DNA of 64,000 nucleotides, from contig JAKPMO010000002.1 of the NCBI GenBank assembly GCA_029548865.1, positions 32,001 to 96,000 on the forward strand. The letters are read 5' to 3'. The notes below the pieces were generated by a model. It saw nothing but the letters and a program-made list of their open reading frames with translations, was not told the DNA's origin and made no database searches. Positions within the stretch are counted from its first letter, which is position 1, and each line of letters starts with the position of its first letter. Of the stretch, positions 53,852 to 62,299 are shown in pieces. The stretch is from Caldisericota bacterium (GTDB lineage Bacteria > Caldisericota > Caldisericia > JAAYUI01). The position numbers and the translations under genes were made by a program.

Positions 53852-55033
53852 ATGAGGAGATGCATATCTGTTGTTTTGCTTTTGTTGTGCCTGTTTCTGG
53901 CGTCATTTCCTGCCAGTGCTGAAAACAAGACAGTGTCATTGGACAAAGAGCATGTCTACAATGGTCATGTCAATTCAAGATTTTGTGTCTGGAGAAACGC
54001 AGCGAAGGGCAATTCGTCAGTATTGAACTTGTTTGACATGGCAAATGGCAAACAGTTCAAGATCAATAGTGGCATCATGCTTGAGATGGCACAATACCAG
54101 GAAGAAATTCATTTGAGTTCGGCGTATGTTTGTTGGAGCTCAATTGGTCCAGGCTGGCCAAAATATGGAATGGCGTGCACTGGCACCACACCAAAGAAGC
54201 TTTGCGAGAACAGTACCATTGATAAACGTGCAAATATTTATGACAGCAGGGTGGTTTTCTTTTCCACTGACAATGGGCGTGGCATTTACTGGAATGATAT
54301 TGCTGATATGGAATCCAAACCTGTGCTTATAGATAAATTAGCTGAACGAACAGCCTATTATTACGAGAAGTTCCCCCGCATTGCCAATGGGAAGGTTGTT
54401 TATTGCAGGCCAAATGAGGAATCGGGTCTGGAAGAGGTTTGCCTTTATGACACCGAGACAGGGGAATTGCAGGTAATAGATTCTGCAAAAGAAGTTGTCA
54501 TGCCCAATATCACCAGAGAATTCATCATCTATGGCGTCATGGACAAAGGAGGCAACCCCGAACTGAGGGCCCTGAACCTGGAAACGAATGAGAAATTCAC
54601 ATTCTTTGACAAAACTCTGGCAAAAATGACCATTTCTATACCAAACAACCCTTATTCAGAACTGTTTCTTTTCAAAACCAGGACGAAAACCCGCTATGAT
54701 TCAGTTGACAAACTTATGTGCTATGACCCGATTACAAAGAAGACAATTACAATTGCGGAGCCTTCATCAAATGGCGATAAGCCAAAGGATGCTTTTTATC
54801 TTGAAAGCCTTTCCGGGTGCTGTTGCGGAAGAAGGGTCGCATATTGTGAAAAGATAGGCCTCAACAGCCAAAGTGGCAAGCTGTTTGTTGTTGATGTCAA
54901 GAAAGATGGCTCCCTGAAAAAGACTGACATCGTGTCCGATTACGCTGAAATTGGAATTTTCAGGGTTTTTTGCGACAAAATGATTTATACAATCAGGAAC
55001 AAGGGCCTGTATTTAACACAGCTGGGAGAATGA
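53852..55033 (+). CDS. Secreted hypothetical protein, probable beta-propeller
   Basis: GGAGGAGG RBS; signal peptide ..ASA; repeated LYD.ETG / LNLET / YDPIT blade-like motifs. Confidence 0.75.
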   Translation: MRRCISVVLLLLCLFLASFPASAENKTVSLDKEHVYNGHVNSRFCVWRNAAKGNSSVLNLFDMANGKQFKINSGIMLEMAQYQEEIHLSSAYVCWSSIGPGWPKYGMACTGTTPKKLCENSTIDKRANIYDSRVVFFSTDNGRGIYWNDIADMESKPVLIDKLAERTAYYYEKFPRIANGKVVYCRPNEESGLEEVCLYDTETGELQVIDSAKEVVMPNITREFIIYGVMDKGGNPELRALNLETNEKFTFFDKTLAKMTISIPNNPYSELFLFKTRTKTRYDSVDKLMCYDPITKKTITIAEPSSNGDKPKDAFYLESLSGCCCGRRVAYCEKIGLNSQSGKLFVVDVKKDGSLKKTDIVSDYAEIGIFRVFCDKMIYTIRNKGLYLTQLGE

Positions 55034-55046
55034 CAAAACTGGAAAA

Positions 55047-55078
55047 ACAAAAGCCCCGGGGTCGGCGGGGCCTTTTTT
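55047..55078. terminator. Bidirectional intrinsic terminator
   Basis: AAAAGCCCCG-GGGTCGG-CGGGGCCTTTTTT. Confidence 0.75.
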
Positions 55079-55173
55079 AGGAGAGGAAAAAAGTTTTAAC
55101 TTGCTTTGGGATCGGGGAGGTCATTCCCGATACAACCCTTACAAACGATTTTCGGGTTTTGTTCCCAAAAAAC

Positions 55174-55202
55174 AAAAAGCCCTGCTAAAAGCAGGGCTTT
55201 TT
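55174..55202. terminator. Intrinsic terminator of PQQ-repeat lipoprotein gene
   Basis: AAAAAGCCCTGCT-AAA-AGCAGGGCTTTTT. Confidence 0.9.
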
Positions 55203-55224
55203 GAATATCGGTCAATTTTTTAGG

Positions 55225-56382
55225 CTATTTGCCGGTTGCCGCCTTGTCCTCGAAGCAGTAGAGTTTTCCATCTGCAGAGCCAATATAAACCCTGTTTTTG
55301 TATACGGCAGGGGAAGCAAATATCCTGTCGCTAGTTTCGAAATGCCAGAGTTTTTTGCCTGTGATCGTGTCTATCAGGTAAACGTTCTTGTCTGCCGAAC
55401 CAACAAACATTTTTGTGCCTGCGATCGCTGGCGTTGACGGGATTGGCACCCAAAGGCCAGGATCAAATGACCAGAGCTCTTTGCCGTCTTCTATCGAAAC
55501 ACAGTAAACGACTCCTGCGTTTGAACCGACAATAAGCCTGTCAATGTAGACTGAAGGCGTCGAGACGATGTCTCCGCCAGTCTTGAATTCCCATATTTTC
55601 TCGCCAGTTGTTGCATTCAGGCAGTATATTTTGTCGTCGTAGGAACCAAAAAACACTCTGTCCCCCCAGACGGATGGCGTTGAAACGACGGCGTTGTCTG
55701 TCTTGAAAGACCACAGCTCGTTCCCGTTCTTGGCGTTCAGACAATACACGTTGTAGTCATTCGAGCCGACGTATGCCCTGTCATTTACCACTGTGACCGA
55801 GGAGCCTATCGGACCTTTTGTTTCAAAGCGCCATGCTTCCTGGCCTGACGACAGGTCAACGCAGTAAACATTGCGGTCTATTGAAGCGTAGTAGATCTTT
55901 GACTGGTAGATTGTGGGTGATGAAAAGTTCTGGGTGCCTTCAATTTCCCAGACTGTTTCACCTGTGGCAGAGCTGAGACAGTAAAGCTTTTTGTCCTGGC
56001 TTGCAAAGCAGACATACCCGCCAGAAACTGCCGGTGAACCAACGGTTCCGCCAGTTTCATGCTTCCATATCAGCGAACCCTCAACACTGTCGATGCAATA
56101 AAGGTTTTTGTCGAAACATCCGAAGAAACACTTTTCATTTTCGAATGCACAGGATGAGGTTATTGGCCCCTTTGTTGCAAAAGACCATTTTTTTATGAGG
56201 TCACTCGTTTGCGGCCCGCAAGTGCCGTGCACTGATGAATTGTGTGATGCACTCTGCCCAAACATTGACCAGTTGCACTCTCCAGAGGGGCCAGGGCCTT
56301 CATTGAACGCCCTGGTGCATGATGATGTCAGGGTGACCATAACAACCAGAATCAGGCTTTTTTGGACAAATCCAATTTTCAT
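55225..56382 (-). CDS. PQQ/BamB-like beta-propeller lipoprotein
   Basis: Probable lipobox TSSC; about 8 repeats of S.P......GS.D...YC.....G...W.F.T. Confidence 0.9.
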   Translation of the reverse strand: MKIGFVQKSLILVVMVTLTSSCTRAFNEGPGPSGECNWSMFGQSASHNSSVHGTCGPQTSDLIKKWSFATKGPITSSCAFENEKCFFGCFDKNLYCIDSVEGSLIWKHETGGTVGSPAVSGGYVCFASQDKKLYCLSSATGETVWEIEGTQNFSSPTIYQSKIYYASIDRNVYCVDLSSGQEAWRFETKGPIGSSVTVVNDRAYVGSNDYNVYCLNAKNGNELWSFKTDNAVVSTPSVWGDRVFFGSYDDKIYCLNATTGEKIWEFKTGGDIVSTPSVYIDRLIVGSNAGVVYCVSIEDGKELWSFDPGLWVPIPSTPAIAGTKMFVGSADKNVYLIDTITGKKLWHFETSDRIFASPAVYKNRVYIGSADGKLYCFEDKAATGK

Positions 56383-56438
56383 TTGGCTAAATATTATTAC
56401 CAGATTGGCAAGTCTTCAAGCCTCCAGCCAGCTAAAAT

Positions 56439-56469
56439 AAAAAAGAGGGGGCAAAACCCCCTCTTTTTT
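56439..56469. terminator. Intrinsic terminator of giant Cys-rich gene
   Basis: AAAAAAGAGGGGG-CAAAA-CCCCCTCTTTTTT. Confidence 0.9.
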
Positions 56470-56487
56470 CAGAAAATTTGCTTAATG

Positions 56488-59400
56488 TTATTTTGGGCAG
56501 CAGTCCTGGTCCGGGAGTGCCTTCCAGCCTACTATCTCATTGTTGTCATTGATGCACAGCTCTGCGCATCCCTTGTATTGCGAGAGCTTATATCTTCTTG
56601 TTATGTCTATGAGGTCTTCATTTGCCATATAAACGGTCTCGGTCCCGTCACAGCGCTTGAAACCAACCTGCCACTTGTTGTTGGCGTACCTTACATAGCT
56701 GACGATGCCTCTTGTCCACTTGCAGTCCTGGGAACCTACACATGGGCAATCGGTGGCGGTTATTGTCGATGCATAGATGACATATTCCCCCGAGTCAAGG
56801 CGGGTCAATTTTCCGCAAACTTTCCAACATGTCCCAGGTTTTGCGAGGTAGCATATCCTGAGCATGTCGCTAGTCAGGATCACCTTTATTTCCCTGCCTT
56901 TTGCATCTTTGGTGTACAAAACTGGCGGATTTGCATTGCAGTCAGCTTTCAGGACAGTCACGCAATAGCATTCGGTTTGCCCGGAATCGCAGGGGCAATC
57001 CACTTTTTCATACTTTGTGACCTTCATTTTTGCTGGCCCACCCCTTGTTGTCGGGGCGGTCACAATACCACAGACCTTCCAGCATGTGCCTTTCACAAAC
57101 AGTTTGCATATATCCGGCCCGAGCTCCAGCATCCATGTCCTTCCGTTTGACTGTTTGCCGTATGCAATGTATTTCCCTTCTCCACAACTGCTGTCTGTTA
57201 TCTCAAGGCAGATGCATTCTTCTTTCTGGGTTTCCTGGCATGGACACTCGGTTGGTTCTAGTTTGGTGATTTTCAGCCCAAGCCCTGTGGTTGAGGCATC
57301 AATCGGATACTTTACCATCTGGCCACAGACCTTGACGCACCTTCCGGGGACGAGGTAATTGGCCCATTTCTGGCACAATTCCTTTGAAAGAACCAATACT
57401 ATCTCATTCCCGTTCTCGTCCACGCCCCAGACAAGCGGTGGTTCCCTTGTGCAGTCTACCTTTTTGATTGTAACACAGTGGCAAATTTCCTCAGGTGGTT
57501 TTTCTTCACACGGACAGTCCCTCTTTTCGATTTTCAAAAGCTTGAATGATGGTGTTGCACCGGGGTTCTCAACCCATTCGCCACAGACCCACCAGCAAGT
57601 GCCCACTTCTGCCATCTTGCACAAATCGGCAGGAACGGTCATCATGACCGTCTTCTCGCCGATCTTTACATACAGTATGCCTTTCTCACAGTCCCTTCTG
57701 AGTACCTCCATGCAGAAACAGTCAGGTTCTTGTTCTTTGCATGGGCAATCGACTGGGTAGATTTTTGTCAGCTTCAGCACTTTGATGGACACCGTGTCGC
57801 TTATGGCAATCTTTGACCAGACGCCACAAACTTTGATGCATTTTTCTGGCACCAGATAGTTTGCATACCTGTCGCACATCCAGCTTTCGAGAACTAGGGT
57901 GATCTCATTGCCGTTTTCATCGACACCCCAAATCATGGGTGGTTTTGCCGTGCAGTCGACTTTTTTGATCGTGACGCAATGGCATATTTCTTCTGGCGGT
58001 TTTTCTCCACACGGGCAGTCAACCACCTTGATCAGGGAGATTTTCCATGCAATCTGCCCATCTGCCAGTGTTGTTTTGGTTCCACAGACTTCAATGCATT
58101 TGCCTGAGACGAGATAATTGGCGTATTTGTCACAAAGCTCTTTTGAAATCACAAGCACAATGGCGTTTCCGGCCTTGTCCTTGCCCCAGATCATTGGCGG
58201 ATCACTTTCGCATGAAACCTTCTCGATAGTCACGCAAAAACATTCTTCCTTGGGGAGCTGTACGCACGGGCAGTCGACCTGGTTTATGTAGGTCAGCTTT
58301 AATGCCAGTGCGTCAACATTGGGCGCCAAAGCGACCTTGACCATTTTTCCGCAGACCTTGAAACACTTGCCAGGGGAGAGTTTGTCGCCAAACTTCTCGC
58401 ACAGTTCTTTTGTCAGCAGAATGTTTATTTCGTTCCCGTTTTCATCGACACCCATCGCAATTGGCGGGTCTGAATTGCAATCTACTTTTCTTAGTGTCAC
58501 ACAGTGGCAAATCTCCTCTGGTGGCTTATCGCAGGGGCAGTCCCTCTTTTCGTATTTTGTGACCTTAAAATAGGGTGCTGCACTAACCTGCTCTGACCAC
58601 TCGCCACAGACCCACCAGCATGTTCCTGGCTCTGCCATTTTGCAAAGCTCTGGAGGGACCATCAACATGATGGTCTTTTCTCCGATCTTTGCGTACAAAA
58701 TTCCGCGTTCGCAATCTTTTTTCTCAACCTGGACACAGAAGCAGTCTGGTTTTGGCCCCTGTTTGCACGGGCATTCAACAGGGACGATTTTTGTCAGTTT
58801 AAGCACTTCAATGGACACGGTGTCGCTTATGGCAATCTTTGACCAGACGCCACAAACTTTGATGCATTTTTCCGGTACGAGATAATTTGCATACCTGTCG
58901 CACATCCAGCTCTCAAGCACCAGAGTGATCTCGTTGCCGTTTTCATCGACACCCCAAACCACTGGCGGTTTTGCTGTGCAGTCTACTTTTTTGATCGTGA
59001 CGCATCTGCAAATTTCTTCTGGCGGTTTTTCTTCGCATGGGCAATCTGTCTGGCTTATTTTTGTTACCTTCCATACGACAAGTCCGCTTGCAAGCGTTGT
59101 TTTAACTGCACATACCTCGACGCACTTTCCAGGGCCAAGCGCCTCAGCATACTTCAAACATATCTCTTTGCTGACTGCAAGCACGACCTGGTTCCCTTTT
59201 TTGTCCTTGCCCCAGATCATTGGCGGGTCCTGGTCGCATGCAAAGCGGTCAATCGTTACACAGAAGCACTCTTCTTTTGGTTGCTCCGTTCCACAAGGGC
59301 AGTCCCTCTTTTCGTATTTTTCAACCTTGAAATATGGGACAGCACCAGCAACCTCGACCTTTCTTCCGCAGACCCACCAGCATGTTCCGGGCTCTGCCAT

Positions 59401-61887
59401 CTTGCACAGTTCGGCTGATACCGAAAGTATCAGGGTCCTGCCATCGATTGTTGCATAAAGAAGTAGATTCTCGCAATCTTTCTTTTCGATCTTTACGCAG
59501 AAACAGTCAAGCTTTGTTTCTTCCTTGCATGGGCATTCCACCGGGGTGATTGAGGTGACTTCCATATATAGCGCAGAACTTAATGGGCTTGGCTTTGGCA
59601 CCCCACAGACCTTTAAACACTTGCCTGGGACAAGATAGTTGGCATACTTGGCACAGAGTTCCTTTGAGAGACCAAGCGACCACCGTGTTTGTCCACTCTC
59701 GTCTTTCCCAAGTGCCGTCGGGTTCTCACTTGTGCAGTCTACCCTTTCCAGCGTTATGCACAAACATTTCTCTTTTTGCGCTTCACAGGGGCACTCGACA
59801 GGCGCTATTGATGTGACCTTCATTATGACTGCAAGCGTTGAATCCGTGATTATGTAGCAAACTTTCAAGCACTTTCCAGGGACCAGATAGTTTGAATATT
59901 TTTCGCAAAGCTCTTTCGAGAGAAGGAGCGAGAAAAATTTTCCGTTCTCGTCTTTGCCATAAAGCATTGGTTTGTCCGAATTGCAGTCAACCCTCTCTAT
60001 CGTCAGGCAAATGCAATTTTCCTTTTGTTCCTTGATCTTGCACTTGGAACAATCGACCTTTTCTGCCCTTATGACTTTCATCCAGGGCGGGCTGTCGACG
60101 CGGATGATTTCTGGCGGATTTCCACACACCATCCAGCAGGTTCCAGGCTGCATGTCGGCGCACCATTTTGAATCAACGTAGAGTGCCCAAAGCTTGCCAT
60201 TTTCATCATAGCCATAAACGGTTGGCTGGGTTGCATTGCAATCCACGCGGTCAATCTTTACGCAGAAGCATTTTTCATCTGGTTTGCACTGCTCGCACTC
60301 GATTTTTTCAAATCTTACAACCTTGATCCTCTTCGCCTGTACATATGTTGTTGCTGTGGATTGTGGTTGGACATGCCCGCAGATTATGTAGCAGGAACCT
60401 AGTTTCAGCTCCAGGCACATCTTCTCGTCCAGTTCCATCACCCACGGTTTGCCGTTTTTGTCGGTGCCCCATGCCATTGGCGGTGCGCTTGCACAGTCGA
60501 CCTTTTCGATCTTCATGCAGAGACACCTTGGTGCCTGGTTGCCACCGCATGGGCAATCGACTTTTACCGCCCTTGTAACCTTCATTCTTGGCGGGAAGGA
60601 TGCAGAAATGGTATTTGCAGTTGTCACCCCAACAGTCCCGCAAACTTTCCAGCATGTTCCAGGTGTCATTTGCTGACAGAGGCTGGCATCAACTTGCAAG
60701 ATCCATTTCTGGTTCTTTTCATCGACACCATAAACAACAGGAGGGTTTTCCGAACAGTTCTGGGTTTCAATCGTTACGCACATGCACTTGTAGTCCGGGT
60801 ACGGCTCTGGTTTGCATGGGCAATCGGCCTGTTTTACGACCGTCGCGATGAAATAGGTGTTTAGAGCTGTTGCTGTGGTTGGTGTTGAGGCACCTTGCCT
60901 GATTGAACCACAGAATGTGTAGCACCCGCCTTCCTTTACTTTAAGGCACAGTTCTTTTGAAAGGTATATCCGCCACTCTTTGCCATTGGCATCTTTTCCA
61001 TAGACAACTGGCGGTTTTGCATTGCAGTCAACCTTTGATACTGTGACACACATGCACCTTCTGCAATTTGGGTCACCAAACAGCAACTGGACAATCTTGG
61101 TGGCCTCGAACCATTTGATGTCTTCGGGGCCTGTTGCGCCAAGGTTTTCGGCCACAAACCTCATTGGGAGGACTGTCCTTCCACCCACTATGAAGGCAAC
61201 CACTTGTGGGTTGTTCGGGTCAATCTGGACAGGATTTCCATTTACCTTTGCTGTTGGATTTCCGATCTGGATTTCCAGCGTCTGGCCATCGAGTGTTTTT
61301 ATTGCGACGGTTTTTGTCGATGCGTCATAGGCAATCGTTGCTCCGATTTCCTCGGCCACATACCTTATGAGCAGGAACATGCGGTTTTGTGTAAGAATTG
61401 GTGCCGCCTCCATCGGGCCTTTCTGTACATCCCCAGATTTGTAGTATTTATTGCCAATCTGGTATTCCAGCATCAGCCTGCAATCTTCATTCTCTGGCGG
61501 TATTTCCTCAGGAGGATTTTCGCAAGTTGGTGTCCCGCAGGCCTCTTTGGATTGTGTAAACTCATTTGCATTTGCATCCACTGCCCTGACAAAATAACAA
61601 TATTTTGTGCCATTTATGATGTTGATTTCATCTTTGAATACATTATCCGGGATTGGAAAATCTGTCAGCGGGGTGTCGAATTCGGCGCCCTCGGAGGGGC
61701 CCCTGTAAATCCAGTAGTTTATTGCTCCTGCTACTTTCTCCCATTTGAGCACGTTGTAGCCACAGCCTGGTGTTACCTCCAAACTAAACGTTGGTGTAAG
61801 TGAATATGTGTTGCTAAAAGAGAATGGAGTAAAAATAGAGCTTGTCATGGCCAGAACGGTCAGCCAAATAAATAGATTTCTCCTCAT
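56488..61887 (-). CDS. Giant secreted protein: FN3-like + stalk domain + 17 tandem 8-cysteine repeats
   Basis: AAGGAG RBS; signal peptide; LKW..Y.IYR..Y.Y.VRAVD FN3; RMFLLIRYVAEEIGA and RTVLPMRFVAENLG stalk; repeats CxC-x7-C..C..C-x3-C..CPC. Confidence 0.92.
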   Translation of the reverse strand: MRRNLFIWLTVLAMTSSIFTPFSFSNTYSLTPTFSLEVTPGCGYNVLKWEKVAGAINYWIYRGPSEGAEFDTPLTDFPIPDNVFKDEINIINGTKYCYFVRAVDANANEFTQSKEACGTPTCENPPEEIPPENEDCRLMLEYQIGNKYYKSGDVQKGPMEAAPILTQNRMFLLIRYVAEEIGATIAYDASTKTVAIKTLDGQTLEIQIGNPTAKVNGNPVQIDPNNPQVVAFIVGGRTVLPMRFVAENLGATGPEDIKWFEATKIVQLLFGDPNCRRCMCVTVSKVDCNAKPPVVYGKDANGKEWRIYLSKELCLKVKEGGCYTFCGSIRQGASTPTTATALNTYFIATVVKQADCPCKPEPYPDYKCMCVTIETQNCSENPPVVYGVDEKNQKWILQVDASLCQQMTPGTCWKVCGTVGVTTANTISASFPPRMKVTRAVKVDCPCGGNQAPRCLCMKIEKVDCASAPPMAWGTDKNGKPWVMELDEKMCLELKLGSCYIICGHVQPQSTATTYVQAKRIKVVRFEKIECEQCKPDEKCFCVKIDRVDCNATQPTVYGYDENGKLWALYVDSKWCADMQPGTCWMVCGNPPEIIRVDSPPWMKVIRAEKVDCSKCKIKEQKENCICLTIERVDCNSDKPMLYGKDENGKFFSLLLSKELCEKYSNYLVPGKCLKVCYIITDSTLAVIMKVTSIAPVECPCEAQKEKCLCITLERVDCTSENPTALGKDESGQTRWSLGLSKELCAKYANYLVPGKCLKVCGVPKPSPLSSALYMEVTSITPVECPCKEETKLDCFCVKIEKKDCENLLLYATIDGRTLILSVSAELCKMAEPGTCWWVCGRKVEVAGAVPYFKVEKYEKRDCPCGTEQPKEECFCVTIDRFACDQDPPMIWGKDKKGNQVVLAVSKEICLKYAEALGPGKCVEVCAVKTTLASGLVVWKVTKISQTDCPCEEKPPEEICRCVTIKKVDCTAKPPVVWGVDENGNEITLVLESWMCDRYANYLVPEKCIKVCGVWSKIAISDTVSIEVLKLTKIVPVECPCKQGPKPDCFCVQVEKKDCERGILYAKIGEKTIMLMVPPELCKMAEPGTCWWVCGEWSEQVSAAPYFKVTKYEKRDCPCDKPPEEICHCVTLRKVDCNSDPPIAMGVDENGNEINILLTKELCEKFGDKLSPGKCFKVCGKMVKVALAPNVDALALKLTYINQVDCPCVQLPKEECFCVTIEKVSCESDPPMIWGKDKAGNAIVLVISKELCDKYANYLVSGKCIEVCGTKTTLADGQIAWKISLIKVVDCPCGEKPPEEICHCVTIKKVDCTAKPPMIWGVDENGNEITLVLESWMCDRYANYLVPEKCIKVCGVWSKIAISDTVSIKVLKLTKIYPVDCPCKEQEPDCFCMEVLRRDCEKGILYVKIGEKTVMMTVPADLCKMAEVGTCWWVCGEWVENPGATPSFKLLKIEKRDCPCEEKPPEEICHCVTIKKVDCTREPPLVWGVDENGNEIVLVLSKELCQKWANYLVPGRCVKVCGQMVKYPIDASTTGLGLKITKLEPTECPCQETQKEECICLEITDSSCGEGKYIAYGKQSNGRTWMLELGPDICKLFVKGTCWKVCGIVTAPTTRGGPAKMKVTKYEKVDCPCDSGQTECYCVTVLKADCNANPPVLYTKDAKGREIKVILTSDMLRICYLAKPGTCWKVCGKLTRLDSGEYVIYASTITATDCPCVGSQDCKWTRGIVSYVRYANNKWQVGFKRCDGTETVYMANEDLIDITRRYKLSQYKGCAELCINDNNEIVGWKALPDQDCCPK
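56740..61060 (-). repeat. Intragenic tandem array of 17 units of about 77-90 codons
   Basis: Units counted in the translation; near-identical DNA segments at about 57790 and 58816 (offset 1026 bp). Confidence 0.92.
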
Positions 61888-61941
61888 ATAGTGCTCCTTT
61901 CACGTGACGAAATATATGCAACAAAATCAGTCGTAGCTAAT

Positions 61942-61970
61942 ATTAAATTGCTCTTTATATGCGCTGTCAA
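61942..61970 (-). promoter_or_regulatory. Sigma70-type promoter of giant Cys-rich gene
   Basis: TTGACA-N17-TTTAAT on minus strand. Confidence 0.65.
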
Positions 61971-62299
61971 TAAGTGGATTTTTTTATAATCTCAATTTTA
62001 TTTGGACCCTGTTTGTGATTTTTATCTGTTTGAATATGTCTGTTGGGCATTTTTCCTGTTTGGAAAATCTTGTATCTCTATTTTTATGGTGTTTGAGTTT
62101 TTGCTTTTTTCTTCTTTAATGCAAGTTTTGATCTGGCAGAAAATATTTTCGCCTTGTCGGTCGTGTTTTTTTGTTTGTTGTCAAATTGTGGCCCAAGTTA
62201 AGGATTTTGTTAAAAAGACAAGGTCTTGTCCGTGTTTATTTAAACTGGCCTATCTATAATAAAAACATGGGTGCCAAAGACAGGCAAGGAGGGTTCAGA

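Noticed and set aside
56740..61060. Cys-repeat array as multiheme cytochrome or CRISPR-like array
   Set aside because: No CxxCH motifs; the repeats are in-frame, long and degenerate, with no repeat-spacer structure.
62002..62259. 85-aa Phe-rich ORF
   Set aside because: Product of T-rich intergenic sequence; TTG start without RBS.
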